Assembly: GCA_018267825.1 (NCBI GenBank)
Contig: JAFDXR010000028.1
Span: 1-64,000, forward strand
Direction: 5' to 3'
Length of the DNA stretch: 64,000 nucleotides
DNA from: Bacteroidota bacterium
GTDB taxonomy: Bacteria > Bacteroidota > Bacteroidia > B-17B0 > Aurantibacillaceae
The translations under genes were made by a program, and so were the position numbers. This document shows positions 1-9,473 of the stretch, one piece after another; the stretch's first letter is position 1, and the number at the start of each line of letters is the position of its first letter. The notes below the pieces were generated by a model. That model was not told the origin of the DNA. It saw nothing but the letters and a program-made list of their open reading frames with translations, and made no database searches.

Positions 1-148
1 TTTAAACTTAAAGAACGGACGTTTGTAGGGCATGTTACCGTTTTATAAAACTTAGTAAGACTCTTATTTCATTGAGTTAAATATTTCATTACAAGGCGGT
101 TGTATGGTTACTTTGTGTTAACACACAAAACAAACACTACAAACCACT

Positions 149-3100
149 ATGAGACTTACCATTATTCTCAGCATTTTCTTACTTTTTCTCAAAACAACTT
201 CGGCCCAGATGGGTGTTACGGTCAATTCCAATGCCATGCAACTGGCGCAGGTTATTGCCGGATTCGGCGTTACTGTCAGCAATGCATCTATCAGTTGCAG
301 CAGTACGGGGGCAGGAACATTTACATACACGGGCACACACCTTGGATTAACAGGTGGTGTATTGCTTACAACGGGCGATGCCACCACTGCAGCTCAGGCT
401 CAAACCGTTTTTTCCAGTACATCCTCCGGTAATATCATAACTGACCCCCAACTGACCGCTATTGATGCTTCTGCCACCAATGATGTCTGTAAACTGGAAT
501 TTGATTTTGTGCCGATCTGCCCGACAATCAGTATCAAGTATGTGTTCGGCTCCGAAGAGTATCCTACATTCGTGGGATCCATTAACGATGCTTTCGGTAT
601 ATTTCTGACGGGTCCGAATCCAGCAGGTGGTAGTTTCAATAACCAGAACATAGCATTATTACCTAACGGACAACCGGTTTCAATTAATAACGTCAACTCT
701 TCATCCAATTCACCCTCGTTTGTAGCGAACTATAACCTGAGTTATGGTGATATAGTGTATGATGGTTACACAGTTCCTATTACATCCAGCGCCACAGTGA
801 CGCCTTGTCAGAGTTATCATATTAAGTTTGCCATCGCTGATGCTTCCGATGAAGCGTATGATTCCGGAGTATTTCTTCAGTACGATGGTTTAAGTTGTGC
901 CAATACCCCGACGATTACGCCGAGTTCAACCGCGAGCTCATGTACGGGTAATACAGGTTCTGCATCTGTTGCAGTAACGGGGGCCACGCCAACTGCCTAT
1001 TCGTGGCAACCCGGAGGGCAAACCACCAGCAGCATTACATCACAAGCTCCGGGTACATATACCTGCGTACTCACATTCTCGGCAGCCTGTACAACGTACA
1101 CCCAATCGCAGGTTGTGACTATTGCCGGTACGGGTGTTACACCCACTGTGGCCGTGAGCAGTAATACGCCCTGTACAGGTGGCAACCTTTCATTAACCGC
1201 CAATTCAAATGGTACCGGTTTCACATGGACAGGCCCGAACAGTTTTTCTTCAACCACGCAAAACCCAACTGTTACAGGTGTTTCAGCGGCCGGGGCCGGT
1301 GTATATACCCTTGTGGTGACCAGTGCCGGTGGTTGTTCACAAACCACTACACTGAATATCACCTTATCACCGAGTCCGACAGTAACCGTTAACTCGCCCA
1401 TTGTTTGCGCAGGCAGCACCGCTACCCTCAACGCATCCGGTGCCAGTACATATGCCTGGACTGCAGGATTGAGTGGTTCAACAGGAAGCAGTGTTACAGG
1501 AAGTCCTGCAGCAACAACGGTGTATACAGTTACCGGAACGTCTGCAGCGGGTTGTACGGGAACAGCCACATCTACCATTACAGTAGTTTCAAACCCATCG
1601 ATTACGGTTACCAATGCGACGGTATGTGCCGGTGGTTCAGCTACATTGACGGCGAGCGGCGCATCAACTTATAACTGGAGCCCAGCAACCGGACTCAGTA
1701 CGACAACAGGAAGTGTCGTAACCGCCAACCCTTCAGCAACAACGGTTTATACGGTTTCGGGCAGTGTAGGTACCTGTACGGCTGCTCCAGGAACAGGAAC
1801 ACTGACGGCATCGCCAAACCCAACGGTGACGGCCTCTGCCAATACACCGATCTGTGCGCCATCCACCCTGAGCTTAACGGCCAATGGTGGTACAAGCTAT
1901 AACTGGAGCGGTCCCGGAGGTTTCAGTTCAACCTTGCAAAACCCCACGATAGCATCAACCAGTTCGGTAAATACCGGCGTATATACCGTAACCGCTACAG
2001 CATTGGGCTGTAATGCCAGCACCACAGTGAGTGTTACCATCCTGGGAAGTTCTGTCATGGCCTTGCCAACGATTCCGGCGGCCTGTCTCAACAGTAATGT
2101 AAGTCTGAATGCGCCTGCAGGTGGCACGGCATACATCTGGTCGGGTCCGAATGGATTTACATCGACCCAGCAAAGCCCGGTTATCAATGGCGTTACGATC
2201 GTGAACACAGGTGTTTATACGGTATCTGTAACCGTTGGTGCTTGTGTAAATACCGGAACAGTCAATGTCAGTACGATCCCGGCCATCAGCTTCCTGACGA
2301 TTCCGGCTGACGCTGTGATCTGTGCGCAACGTTCTGCTACATTGAGCTCACAGGCACAGGGAGGAAGCGGAACTTATGGATATTCGTGGAGCCCTGCAAC
2401 GGGGCTAGATAACCCATCTGCAGCCATTGTTGTGGCAAGTCCTTCGGCTACGCAGGCATATACGGTAACAGCAACTGATGCCAATTGCCCTTCTGCGCCA
2501 ACGGTTACAGCCGTTGCCACTGTCACCGTGAATCCGTTACCGGTTGTAACATTCTCGGCACTGGCTACTTCGGGCTGTGAACCTTTCTGTACCGATTTCG
2601 CTTCACAGAGCACGCCTACAGCTCTCAATTCACTGTGGATGTTCAGTACCGGTCAGAGTGTGTCCGGAAATGTACTGACACCATTCTGTTTCAACGGACA
2701 TGGTACTTACGATGTTAAATTGATCGTAACAGATATTAATGGCTGTGTGGATAGTCTTATAAAACCGTCGTACATAACGGTGTATCCTAAACCAATTGCC
2801 GATTTCAGCTGGTACCCGCTCACACCTACCATTATATCAAGTAAAGTAGACTTTACAGACCAGTCGACGGTAGGCGCACCTATGACCAACTGGAGCTGGA
2901 ATTTCGGCGATTTTTATTCACCGCTTTCATCGGATACATCCAGCTTACAGAATCCATCACACGTGTATCCGAATATCGATTCTTATTCGGTAACGCTCGC
3001 TGTTACCAATCAATATGGATGTAAGGATACCGTGACCAAGGTGTTGGTTGTGGAAGATGAATTTGCCTTTTATATCCCGAATGCCTTTACGCCATGGGTG

Positions 3101-3343
3101 CCCGATAACCGGAATGATGTTTTTTCTGTAGCAGGTACAGGCTTTAAATCCGAAGATTTTAAAATGTACATTTTCGACCGTTGGGGTGAAATGATCTTCT
3201 ATTCCGAAGATCCTTACAAGGGCTGGGATGGTCATGTAAAAGGCGGTAAAATGGCCAAACAGGATGTGTATGTATACAAGATTATCCTGAAAGACTTTAA
3301 AGACAAGAAACATGAATATGTGGGTCATGTAACGGTTTTATAA
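149..3343 (+). CDS. Large secreted adhesin-like protein with a T9SS type-B (gliding-motility-associated) C-terminal sorting domain. It has a signal peptide, an N-terminal choice-of-anchor-like domain, about seven SprB/Ig-like repeats and a PKD domain
   Basis: N-terminus MRLTIILSIFLLFLKTTSAQ is a signal peptide. The C-terminal ~90 aa (FYIPNAFTPWVPDNRNDVF...DRWGEMIF...YKGWDG...YVYKI) match the CHU_C/T9SS type-B CTD pattern. WNFGD is a PKD-like motif. Repeated ~75-aa units contain YTVTxT..GC motifs. Confidence 0.8.
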   Translation: MRLTIILSIFLLFLKTTSAQMGVTVNSNAMQLAQVIAGFGVTVSNASISCSSTGAGTFTYTGTHLGLTGGVLLTTGDATTAAQAQTVFSSTSSGNIITDPQLTAIDASATNDVCKLEFDFVPICPTISIKYVFGSEEYPTFVGSINDAFGIFLTGPNPAGGSFNNQNIALLPNGQPVSINNVNSSSNSPSFVANYNLSYGDIVYDGYTVPITSSATVTPCQSYHIKFAIADASDEAYDSGVFLQYDGLSCANTPTITPSSTASSCTGNTGSASVAVTGATPTAYSWQPGGQTTSSITSQAPGTYTCVLTFSAACTTYTQSQVVTIAGTGVTPTVAVSSNTPCTGGNLSLTANSNGTGFTWTGPNSFSSTTQNPTVTGVSAAGAGVYTLVVTSAGGCSQTTTLNITLSPSPTVTVNSPIVCAGSTATLNASGASTYAWTAGLSGSTGSSVTGSPAATTVYTVTGTSAAGCTGTATSTITVVSNPSITVTNATVCAGGSATLTASGASTYNWSPATGLSTTTGSVVTANPSATTVYTVSGSVGTCTAAPGTGTLTASPNPTVTASANTPICAPSTLSLTANGGTSYNWSGPGGFSSTLQNPTIASTSSVNTGVYTVTATALGCNASTTVSVTILGSSVMALPTIPAACLNSNVSLNAPAGGTAYIWSGPNGFTSTQQSPVINGVTIVNTGVYTVSVTVGACVNTGTVNVSTIPAISFLTIPADAVICAQRSATLSSQAQGGSGTYGYSWSPATGLDNPSAAIVVASPSATQAYTVTATDANCPSAPTVTAVATVTVNPLPVVTFSALATSGCEPFCTDFASQSTPTALNSLWMFSTGQSVSGNVLTPFCFNGHGTYDVKLIVTDINGCVDSLIKPSYITVYPKPIADFSWYPLTPTIISSKVDFTDQSTVGAPMTNWSWNFGDFYSPLSSDTSSLQNPSHVYPNIDSYSVTLAVTNQYGCKDTVTKVLVVEDEFAFYIPNAFTPWVPDNRNDVFSVAGTGFKSEDFKMYIFDRWGEMIFYSEDPYKGWDGHVKGGKMAKQDVYVYKIILKDFKDKKHEYVGHVTVL
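899..2549 (+). repeat. Protein-level tandem array of about seven SprB/Ig-like ~75-residue repeats inside the T9SS cargo gene
   Basis: Recurring block Px(V/I)TVxxxxxxxCxGxxxxLxAxGxxxYxWxxxxGxxxxxxxVxxxPxxTTVYTVTxTxxxGC seen seven times in the translation. The DNA is diverged, so these are not identical DNA repeats. Confidence 0.5.
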
Positions 3344-3370
3344 GCCCCGGTTTATGCATAACTTTTTATA

Positions 3371-3407
3371 AATCCCTGTATAAAAACATACAGGGATTTT
3401 TTATTTT
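3371..3407 (+). terminator. Rho-independent terminator downstream of the T9SS cargo gene
   Basis: Perfect 11-bp stem AATCCCTGTAT/ATACAGGGATT with loop AAAAAC, followed by TTTTTTATTTT. Confidence 0.75.
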
Positions 3408-3433
3408 CATGGTATCATATTTCACATCATTTC

Positions 3434-4228
3434 ATGCAACAGTATCACGATCTCATGCGCCATGTTCTGGCGCACGGTGTAAAGAAAGAAGACAGAACGG
3501 GAACAGGAACCATCAGTGTATTTGGTTACCAGATGCGTTACAACCTGGAAGAAGGCTTCCCTTTGCTCACAACAAAAAAAGTACATACCAAATCCATTAT
3601 ACATGAGTTGCTCTGGTTCTTAAAGGGCGATACCAATATTAAATACCTGAAAGAGAATGGGGTTAGTATTTGGGACGAATGGGCCGATGAAAACGGGAAC
3701 CTGGGGCCAGTATACGGTTATCAGTGGCGCAGCTGGCCAACAGCCGACGGAAGACATATCGATCAGATTACGCAGGTGATAGACATGATTAAAAAGAATC
3801 CGGATTCACGCAGGCTTATTGTGAGTGCATGGAATGTGGCCGACATTAACCAGATGAAACTACCGCCATGCCATGCCTTTTTCCAGTTCTATGTAGCCGA
3901 TGGAAAACTCAGCTGCCAGCTTTATCAGCGCAGTGCCGATATATTCCTCGGTGTGCCGTTTAACATTGCTTCCTACGCGCTGCTGATGATGATGGTGGCG
4001 CAGGTTTGCGGCTTGAAACCGGGCGATTTTGTACACACCCTTGGCGACGCACATTTATATACCAATCATATAGAGCAGGCTCAGCTACAGCTTACACGCG
4101 ATTTCCGCAAGCTGCCTGTCATGACCCTGAACCCGGAAGTGAAGTCTATTTTTGATTTCACATACGAGGATTTTAAACTCGAGAATTATGACCCGCATCC
4201 GCATATTAAGGCCCCGGTAGCGGTATAA
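3434..4228 (+). CDS. thyA: Thymidylate synthase
   Basis: 264 aa. Full-length ThyA signature, including the active-site region [12 protein letters not shown] and RRLIVSAWN. The 3409 alternative start overlaps the terminator, so the 3434 start is preferred. Confidence 0.95.
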   Translation: MQQYHDLMRHVLAHGVKKEDRTGTGTISVFGYQMRYNLEEGFPLLTTKKVHTKSIIHELLWFLKGDTNIKYLKENGVSIWDEWADENGNLGPVYGYQWRSWPTADGRHIDQITQVIDMIKKNPDSRRLIVSAWNVADINQMKLPPCHAFFQFYVADGKLSCQLYQRSADIFLGVPFNIASYALLMMMVAQVCGLKPGDFVHTLGDAHLYTNHIEQAQLQLTRDFRKLPVMTLNPEVKSIFDFTYEDFKLENYDPHPHIKAPVAV

Positions 4229-4273
4229 CATGTCTAAAAAATAAGTATCTTCATCCCCACAGAAAATTAAATT

Positions 4274-4834
4274 ATGAGCGACGTAAATAGTGTTATAGAC
4301 CAGGCGAAATCATTGATGGAAAAATCCATTGCTCACCTGGAAGTTGAATTAAGTAAAGTAAGAGCCGGTAAGGCAAATCCTGCCATGCTGGAACCTGTTC
4401 AGGTTGATTATTATGGCTCACGTGTACCATTAAGCCAGGTAGCCAACGTAAACACACAGGATGCCCGTACGATTGTGATTCAGCCATGGGAAAAAAGCAT
4501 GCTGACCCCTATCGAAAAAGCAATCCAGGCTGCTAATCTCGGATTTAACCCGCAAAATGACGGTGTCATCATCCGTATTATTGTACCGCCACTGACCGAA
4601 GAGCGCCGTAAAGACCTGGTGAAAACAGCCAAGTCGGTAGGCGAAGATGCTAAAGTGGGAATCCGCAACATTCGTAAAGAAGCCATGGAGAAAGTAAAAG
4701 GCCTTCAGAAAACAGGCTTGCCTGAAGATGAAGCCAAATCAGCTGAAACCAAGATTCAGCAGCTTACAGATGGCTTTGTTCAGAAATGCGACAAACACCT
4801 CGAACAAAAAGAAAAGGAAATCCTTACCGTATAA
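4274..4834 (+). CDS. frr: Ribosome recycling factor
   Basis: 186 aa, typical Frr length and sequence (VRAGKANPAMLEPVQVDYYG...RNIRKEA). Confidence 0.95.
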   Translation: MSDVNSVIDQAKSLMEKSIAHLEVELSKVRAGKANPAMLEPVQVDYYGSRVPLSQVANVNTQDARTIVIQPWEKSMLTPIEKAIQAANLGFNPQNDGVIIRIIVPPLTEERRKDLVKTAKSVGEDAKVGIRNIRKEAMEKVKGLQKTGLPEDEAKSAETKIQQLTDGFVQKCDKHLEQKEKEILTV

Positions 4835-4855
4835 AAATCCTGTTTTGAAAATGAA

Positions 4856-4888
4856 AAGTCCTCTGAAAAGGGGACTTTTTTTATTTAA
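4856..4888 (+). terminator. Rho-independent terminator after frr. It lies between convergent genes and is partly bidirectional
   Basis: Stem AAGTCCTCT/AGGGGACTT (one G-U wobble) with a GAAA tetraloop, followed by TTTTTTTATTT. The stop codon of the minus-strand gene sits at 4881..4883. Confidence 0.75.
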
Positions 4889-5462
4889 AGAATTTATTGA
4901 AAAGCCAGTAGAACAGAATAATTCCGCCCAGCGAACAAAGCAGTGTGATAATAAACTGCAGTTTGGTAGGGAGCTGATTGCGGTTTTCCACACGGTTTAC
5001 ATCTTCCTTGAGCAGCTTATGGAGTCCCAGTTTTTCCTGAAGAAAGCGGGCTTCATCATCGTAAGAGACATTGGTAGTCGGGTAAAAAAAATCTTCCCGG
5101 ATGTTTTTGAAAAACTTGCGGCTCCGGCTGCAAAAATCAAGCTTTGCATTGTCGATCTGGTAGTAGTTGGTATATATGATCCATTCATCGCCGCTTCGCA
5201 TATCCAGTTTACAAGGGTCTTCATCATTGAAAAATACTTTGAAACGTGCCGTTGTATTTCCTTTATAAAGATCAATGATGCTGAACAGAGCCTCACTACG
5301 ACTGCCTTTCAGGCTGATGCTTTCAATACGGCCCTTGAAAATGAGATCGTATTTATTGCATTCGTCCATCGACAGCGAAGTTACCGGGCACTGGCAGGCT
5401 TCCATTGCAGGGGCACGTAACAGAAATACCAGCACCGGTAAAATATAAAACAGGCGGCGCAT
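4881..5462 (-). CDS. Hypothetical exported protein with a C-terminal membrane anchor
   Basis: 193 aa. N-terminal signal peptide MRRLFYILPVLVFLLRAPA and a C-terminal hydrophobic helix IITLLCSLGGIILFYWLF. Preferred over the overlapping antisense ORF 4728..5420 because it is co-directional and tightly spaced with hutH and hisS. Confidence 0.5.
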   Translation of the reverse strand: MRRLFYILPVLVFLLRAPAMEACQCPVTSLSMDECNKYDLIFKGRIESISLKGSRSEALFSIIDLYKGNTTARFKVFFNDEDPCKLDMRSGDEWIIYTNYYQIDNAKLDFCSRSRKFFKNIREDFFYPTTNVSYDDEARFLQEKLGLHKLLKEDVNRVENRNQLPTKLQFIITLLCSLGGIILFYWLFNKFFK

Positions 5463-5463
5463 C

Positions 5464-6963
5464 TTAAAGCGTGTCGATATTGAGTTGTTTTACAAATTGA
5501 AGCGTGGCTTCCAGCTCGCGATACATGATCTTATCTTCTTCAATGAAAGGAATTGTTTTGCGAAGATCGGCAATTAGCTTTTCGATTTTTGCCGATGATT
5601 TTAAGGGCCTTCTGAACTCCAGGGCCTGTGCGGCATTGAGAAGCTCAATCGACAGGATACGCTCCACGTTTTCAATAACCTTGTAGCATTTTGTAGCAGC
5701 GTTGGCACCCATACTCACATGGTCTTCCTGTCCGTTGGACGATACAATACTGTCGGCGCTGGCAGGGCTGCACAGTTGTTTGTTCTGGCTGGCAATACTG
5801 GCTGCCGTGTACTGCGGAATCATAAAACCAGAGTTAAGCCCGGGTTTTGCAACCAGGAAAGCCGGTAAACTACGGATGCCCGAAATAAGCTGGTAGGTGC
5901 GGCGCTCTGAAATATTGCCGAGTTCTGAAATGGCAATGGCCAGGAAATCAAGGGCCAGAGCCAATGGCTGTCCGTGAAAGTTACCACCACTGATAATTTC
6001 ATCATCTTCCGGAAATACGGTTGGATTATCGGTTACAGCATTTACCTCTGTTTCAAAAACAGAATTGACATACGCCGTGGTATCTTTGGTGGCTCCATGA
6101 ACCTGTGGAATACAGCGGAACGAATACGGATCCTGCACCTGCACTTTTGTTTGTGCCAGGATCGCGCTGCCTTCGAGCAGGGCCCGGAAATAGCGGGCTG
6201 TCTGCAATTGCCCTTTGTGCGGGCGAATGAGGTGAATATTATCTTTAAACGGATCAATCCGTCCATCGAAGGCATCCAGTGAAATGGCCCCGATGGTATC
6301 GGCCAGTTTATTGAGCCGGTCCGATTTCAGCAGGCACCATACGCCGTAGGCACTCATAAACTGTGTGCCATTGAGCAGGGCCAGGCCTTCTTTCGATTTG
6401 AGGGCAATAGGACTTAAACCCAGTTGTTTGAATACTTCAGCCGTTTCATAACGGTTGCCACGGTAATTTACTTCGCCGAGTCCCAGTAAGGGTAGGCACA
6501 AATGGGCGAGGGGCGCTAAATCGCCGGAGGCACCCAGGGAGCCCTGCTGGTATACAATGGGGTAAATGTGGTGATTGTACAAATCCACCAAGCGTTCCAC
6601 GGTTTGCAATTGCACGGCACTCTTGCCGTACGACAAGGCCTGTATTTTCAATAGAAGCATAAGTCGCACAATTTCGAGAGGTGCTTCATCGCCCATACCA
6701 CAAGCATGACTCATAACAAGGTTAGCCTGTAACTGTTCAATTTCAGTATCGGGAATAATTACATTGCAAAGCGAGCCAAAACCTGTATTGATGCCATATA
6801 CAGGCTCCTTCTGCGATTTCATTTTTTTATCGAGGTAATCGCGGCAGGCGGTAATGTTTTTTTTGGCAACATCAGACAGGGCCAGTGCAGCGCCCGATTC
6901 GGTAATGTGCTTAATGTCTTTAATAGAAAAAGGTTTGCTGGGGTCTATGGTAAATGTTTTCAT
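5464..6963 (-). CDS. hutH: Histidine ammonia-lyase (aromatic amino acid lyase family, MIO cofactor)
   Basis: 499 aa. ASG triad in GSLGASGDLAPLAHL (the MIO-forming motif) and overall HAL/PAL family architecture. Confidence 0.85.
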   Translation of the reverse strand: MKTFTIDPSKPFSIKDIKHITESGAALALSDVAKKNITACRDYLDKKMKSQKEPVYGINTGFGSLCNVIIPDTEIEQLQANLVMSHACGMGDEAPLEIVRLMLLLKIQALSYGKSAVQLQTVERLVDLYNHHIYPIVYQQGSLGASGDLAPLAHLCLPLLGLGEVNYRGNRYETAEVFKQLGLSPIALKSKEGLALLNGTQFMSAYGVWCLLKSDRLNKLADTIGAISLDAFDGRIDPFKDNIHLIRPHKGQLQTARYFRALLEGSAILAQTKVQVQDPYSFRCIPQVHGATKDTTAYVNSVFETEVNAVTDNPTVFPEDDEIISGGNFHGQPLALALDFLAIAISELGNISERRTYQLISGIRSLPAFLVAKPGLNSGFMIPQYTAASIASQNKQLCSPASADSIVSSNGQEDHVSMGANAATKCYKVIENVERILSIELLNAAQALEFRRPLKSSAKIEKLIADLRKTIPFIEEDKIMYRELEATLQFVKQLNIDTL

Positions 6964-7001
6964 TGATAATGATATGAAATGAAAAATACTTCTGACTTTA
7001 T

Positions 7002-8546
7002 TTACTTTGCAGAATGGTATTTCTTAATCTCTCTAATGATTTGGCTGATAGTTAATGGATTTTCTGACTGAGTTGAAGTTTCTAAGTTTTTAAGTGGATA
7101 TTTTTTTAAGGACATTTCGTCTGAACCCACAGTGCAAACAAAAGGGATTTGTTTTTTGTTAGCATATTCAAATTGCTTACCAATTTTAGATTCGTTTGAA
7201 TATATCTCGACGTTAATTCCCTTTTCACGAAACCTCTTAGCCAATTTCAAACAGTGTAGTTGTTCCTTTTGACCAAATGTTGCAAAAAGAACCTGAGTAG
7301 ATGATATGCTATTTATCTTTTCTGGAAAAAGTCTTAGTTCTGTCATCACATCATAAATGCGGTCAATACCAAAGGAAATGCCGACACCCGACATGTTTTT
7401 CAGTCCGAAGATGCCTGTTAGGTCATCGTAACGGCCACCTCCCAAAATACTTGGAGTAAAAGTGCCCTCATTTGCTTTAGCTTCGAATATAGTGCCCGTG
7501 TAATAATTCAGCCCCCTTGCAAGAGAAATGTCTAATTCTATTTTTACATGTTTTAAACCTTGAGTTTTAATGTTTTTAAACAGAAATTCTAGTTCTTCAA
7601 TACCTTTTTGAAGAATGTGATTAGACCTGTAGTCCGAAACCGTCTTCAAAAAATTAAGCACCTCCTCATTTTCAATTTTTTTTGCAGGATTGTTTATTTG
7701 TCTAACGCCATCGCTTTTTATAAGAATAACTTCGAGAAGTTTATTAATTTGTTCATGAGAGAAACCCTTGCTAAATAGTTCGTTTTCTACACCAATTTGC
7801 CCTATTTTATCCATCTTATCAATGGCTATTGCAATATCCATAGCCTTGTCGGTAGCATTAATATATTGAGCAATTCCTGTTAAGAGTTTTCTATTATTAA
7901 GTTTGATTAAGACTGGAATTTTCAAATCAGAAAATGTTTTGTCCATTAAGGCGATTAACTCCAGTTCATTTATAAGAGAGTTACTGCCAATTATGTCAGC
8001 GTCACACTGATAAAACTCTCTGTAACGCCCTTTTTGAGGTCTATCCGCCCTCCAAACAGGTTGAATTTGATATCTTTTAAAGGGAAAGGTTAAACTGTGC
8101 TGGTTCATAACCACATAACGAGCAAAAGGTACTGTTAGGTCATAGCGAAGAGCTTTTTCGGAAATATTCCTTGTAAGTTCTTTTGAAGAAAATCTACTTT
8201 CAACTGTTGAAAATGAATTTCTAAATTTAAAAGGGCTATTTGAATTATTGTTACTTCTTTTATAAAAACTTCTTGCTAAGGCCTTTTTGAGAAGGTTTAG
8301 ATTTTTATCTCTAATTTCTTCTATATACTCGCCAGAATCGAGAATTTTAAATATCAGCTTATCTCCCTCATCACCATATTTACCGGTTAGAGTATCCAGA
8401 TTTTCCATTGCAGGAGTTTCAATTGGAGAAAAACCGAATAATTGGAAATTGCGTTTTACAATATCGAAAATATATTGGCGCTTGTGCATTTCGGCAGGTC
8501 CGAAATCGCGCGTGCCTCTTGGAATGGATGGTTTCATAATTGACAA
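7002..8546 (-). CDS. hisS: Histidine--tRNA ligase with markedly AT-rich composition and a low-complexity insertion
   Basis: 514 aa. Class II motifs (GTRDFGPAEM, FKRYQIQPVWRADRPQKGRYREFYQCD, GGGRYDDL). NNNSNSPFKFRNSFS insertion. Hand-counted GC is about 32-33% in three 60-nt windows, versus roughly 38-58% in flanking genes. Confidence 0.9.
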   Translation of the reverse strand: MSIMKPSIPRGTRDFGPAEMHKRQYIFDIVKRNFQLFGFSPIETPAMENLDTLTGKYGDEGDKLIFKILDSGEYIEEIRDKNLNLLKKALARSFYKRSNNNSNSPFKFRNSFSTVESRFSSKELTRNISEKALRYDLTVPFARYVVMNQHSLTFPFKRYQIQPVWRADRPQKGRYREFYQCDADIIGSNSLINELELIALMDKTFSDLKIPVLIKLNNRKLLTGIAQYINATDKAMDIAIAIDKMDKIGQIGVENELFSKGFSHEQINKLLEVILIKSDGVRQINNPAKKIENEEVLNFLKTVSDYRSNHILQKGIEELEFLFKNIKTQGLKHVKIELDISLARGLNYYTGTIFEAKANEGTFTPSILGGGRYDDLTGIFGLKNMSGVGISFGIDRIYDVMTELRLFPEKINSISSTQVLFATFGQKEQLHCLKLAKRFREKGINVEIYSNESKIGKQFEYANKKQIPFVCTVGSDEMSLKKYPLKNLETSTQSENPLTISQIIREIKKYHSAK

Positions 8547-8605
8547 TAAATTGAGCGGTAAATTTAGGAAATATGAGCCAAAGAAGCGGTAAATCCCAAA
8601 AGAAT

Positions 8606-9067
8606 CTAAGCCAGCGATGCTGCAATAGCGCGGCAGGCTTTATTAACCAGGTTGAACACTTCCTCAAAGCCCTGTTCGCCACCAAAATAGGGATCGGGAA
8701 CTTCGCGGTCCTCTCCCGGAAAAGCACTGTTGAGCAGCAGATCCACCTTGGCTTTATCTGCTTCATGGCGCGCCAGTTTCAATACATTCTGCCGGTTGCT
8801 ATGATCCATCACATATATTTTATCAAAAGCATCAAAATCGGCTGTTTTGAATTGCCTTGCACGAAGCGGCGAAAGGTCTACGCCATGCCTGGCCGCGTTG
8901 GCAGTGCTTCGTTTGTCGGGAGCTTCACCCACATGGTAGTTGGAAGTGCCGGCAGAATCTACCACCAGATCCAAGGCTTTGTCTTCAATCAGTTTCAGCA
9001 TGATGCCTTCGGCCAGTGGCGAACGGCAAATATTGCCGAGGCATACCATCAGTATTTTTGTTGGCAT
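8606..9067 (-). CDS. Low-molecular-weight protein-tyrosine phosphatase
   Basis: 153 aa. CX5R P-loop VCLGNICRSPLAEG at the N-terminus and a DPYF-type motif near the C-terminus. Confidence 0.85.
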   Translation of the reverse strand: MPTKILMVCLGNICRSPLAEGIMLKLIEDKALDLVVDSAGTSNYHVGEAPDKRSTANAARHGVDLSPLRARQFKTADFDAFDKIYVMDHSNRQNVLKLARHEADKAKVDLLLNSAFPGEDREVPDPYFGGEQGFEEVFNLVNKACRAIAASLA

Positions 9068-9079
9068 AAAGAAATAGGA

Positions 9080-9469
9080 TCAGTCGGCAGGAACAAACTC
9101 GCTTTGCTCCGCATAATATGCGGTTTTGGAAAGCAGGTTCACAATTTCTTCTTTGGTAAGTCCATTGGCTTCACGGGTATGTTTCAGGTAAACATTCCCT
9201 TCAAATACCGTATAGGTAACGGCACTCAGCTGATGGTTGCGTTCGAGCAGGAATAAATAAAATCCTTCTTTATTCTCATCGGGCAAAGTGCAAAGTGGGC
9301 AGATAACCTGGAATAAAACCTGGCCTTGTTCTTCCCACACATCGATCATGATATCGAAGCTTCCCTTTTTCAGGTTCCATTGTCCGGGCTGTTCCGCGCG
9401 GCTTTCCTCGGCACTCACACCAAGCATGGTAATAGCTTCCTCGGTGAGTTGATACGTTTGTTGTAGCAT
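9080..9469 (-). CDS. Hypothetical protein, possibly YbjN-like (putative sensory transduction regulator fold)
   Basis: 129 aa, acidic and soluble. The weak YbjN resemblance is by eye only. Confidence 0.4.
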   Translation of the reverse strand: MLQQTYQLTEEAITMLGVSAEESRAEQPGQWNLKKGSFDIMIDVWEEQGQVLFQVICPLCTLPDENKEGFYLFLLERNHQLSAVTYTVFEGNVYLKHTREANGLTKEEIVNLLSKTAYYAEQSEFVPAD

Positions 9470-9473
9470 GATT

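Noticed and set aside
4728-5420. 230-aa plus-strand ORF overlapping the frr 3' end
   Set aside because: Overlaps frr and the strong frr terminator. The opposite-strand ORF has a signal peptide and membrane anchor and fits the minus-strand operon.
8573-9256. 227-aa plus-strand ORF
   Set aside because: Antisense to the well-supported LMW-PTP and YbjN-like genes. No motifs. Composition looks like reverse-frame translation.
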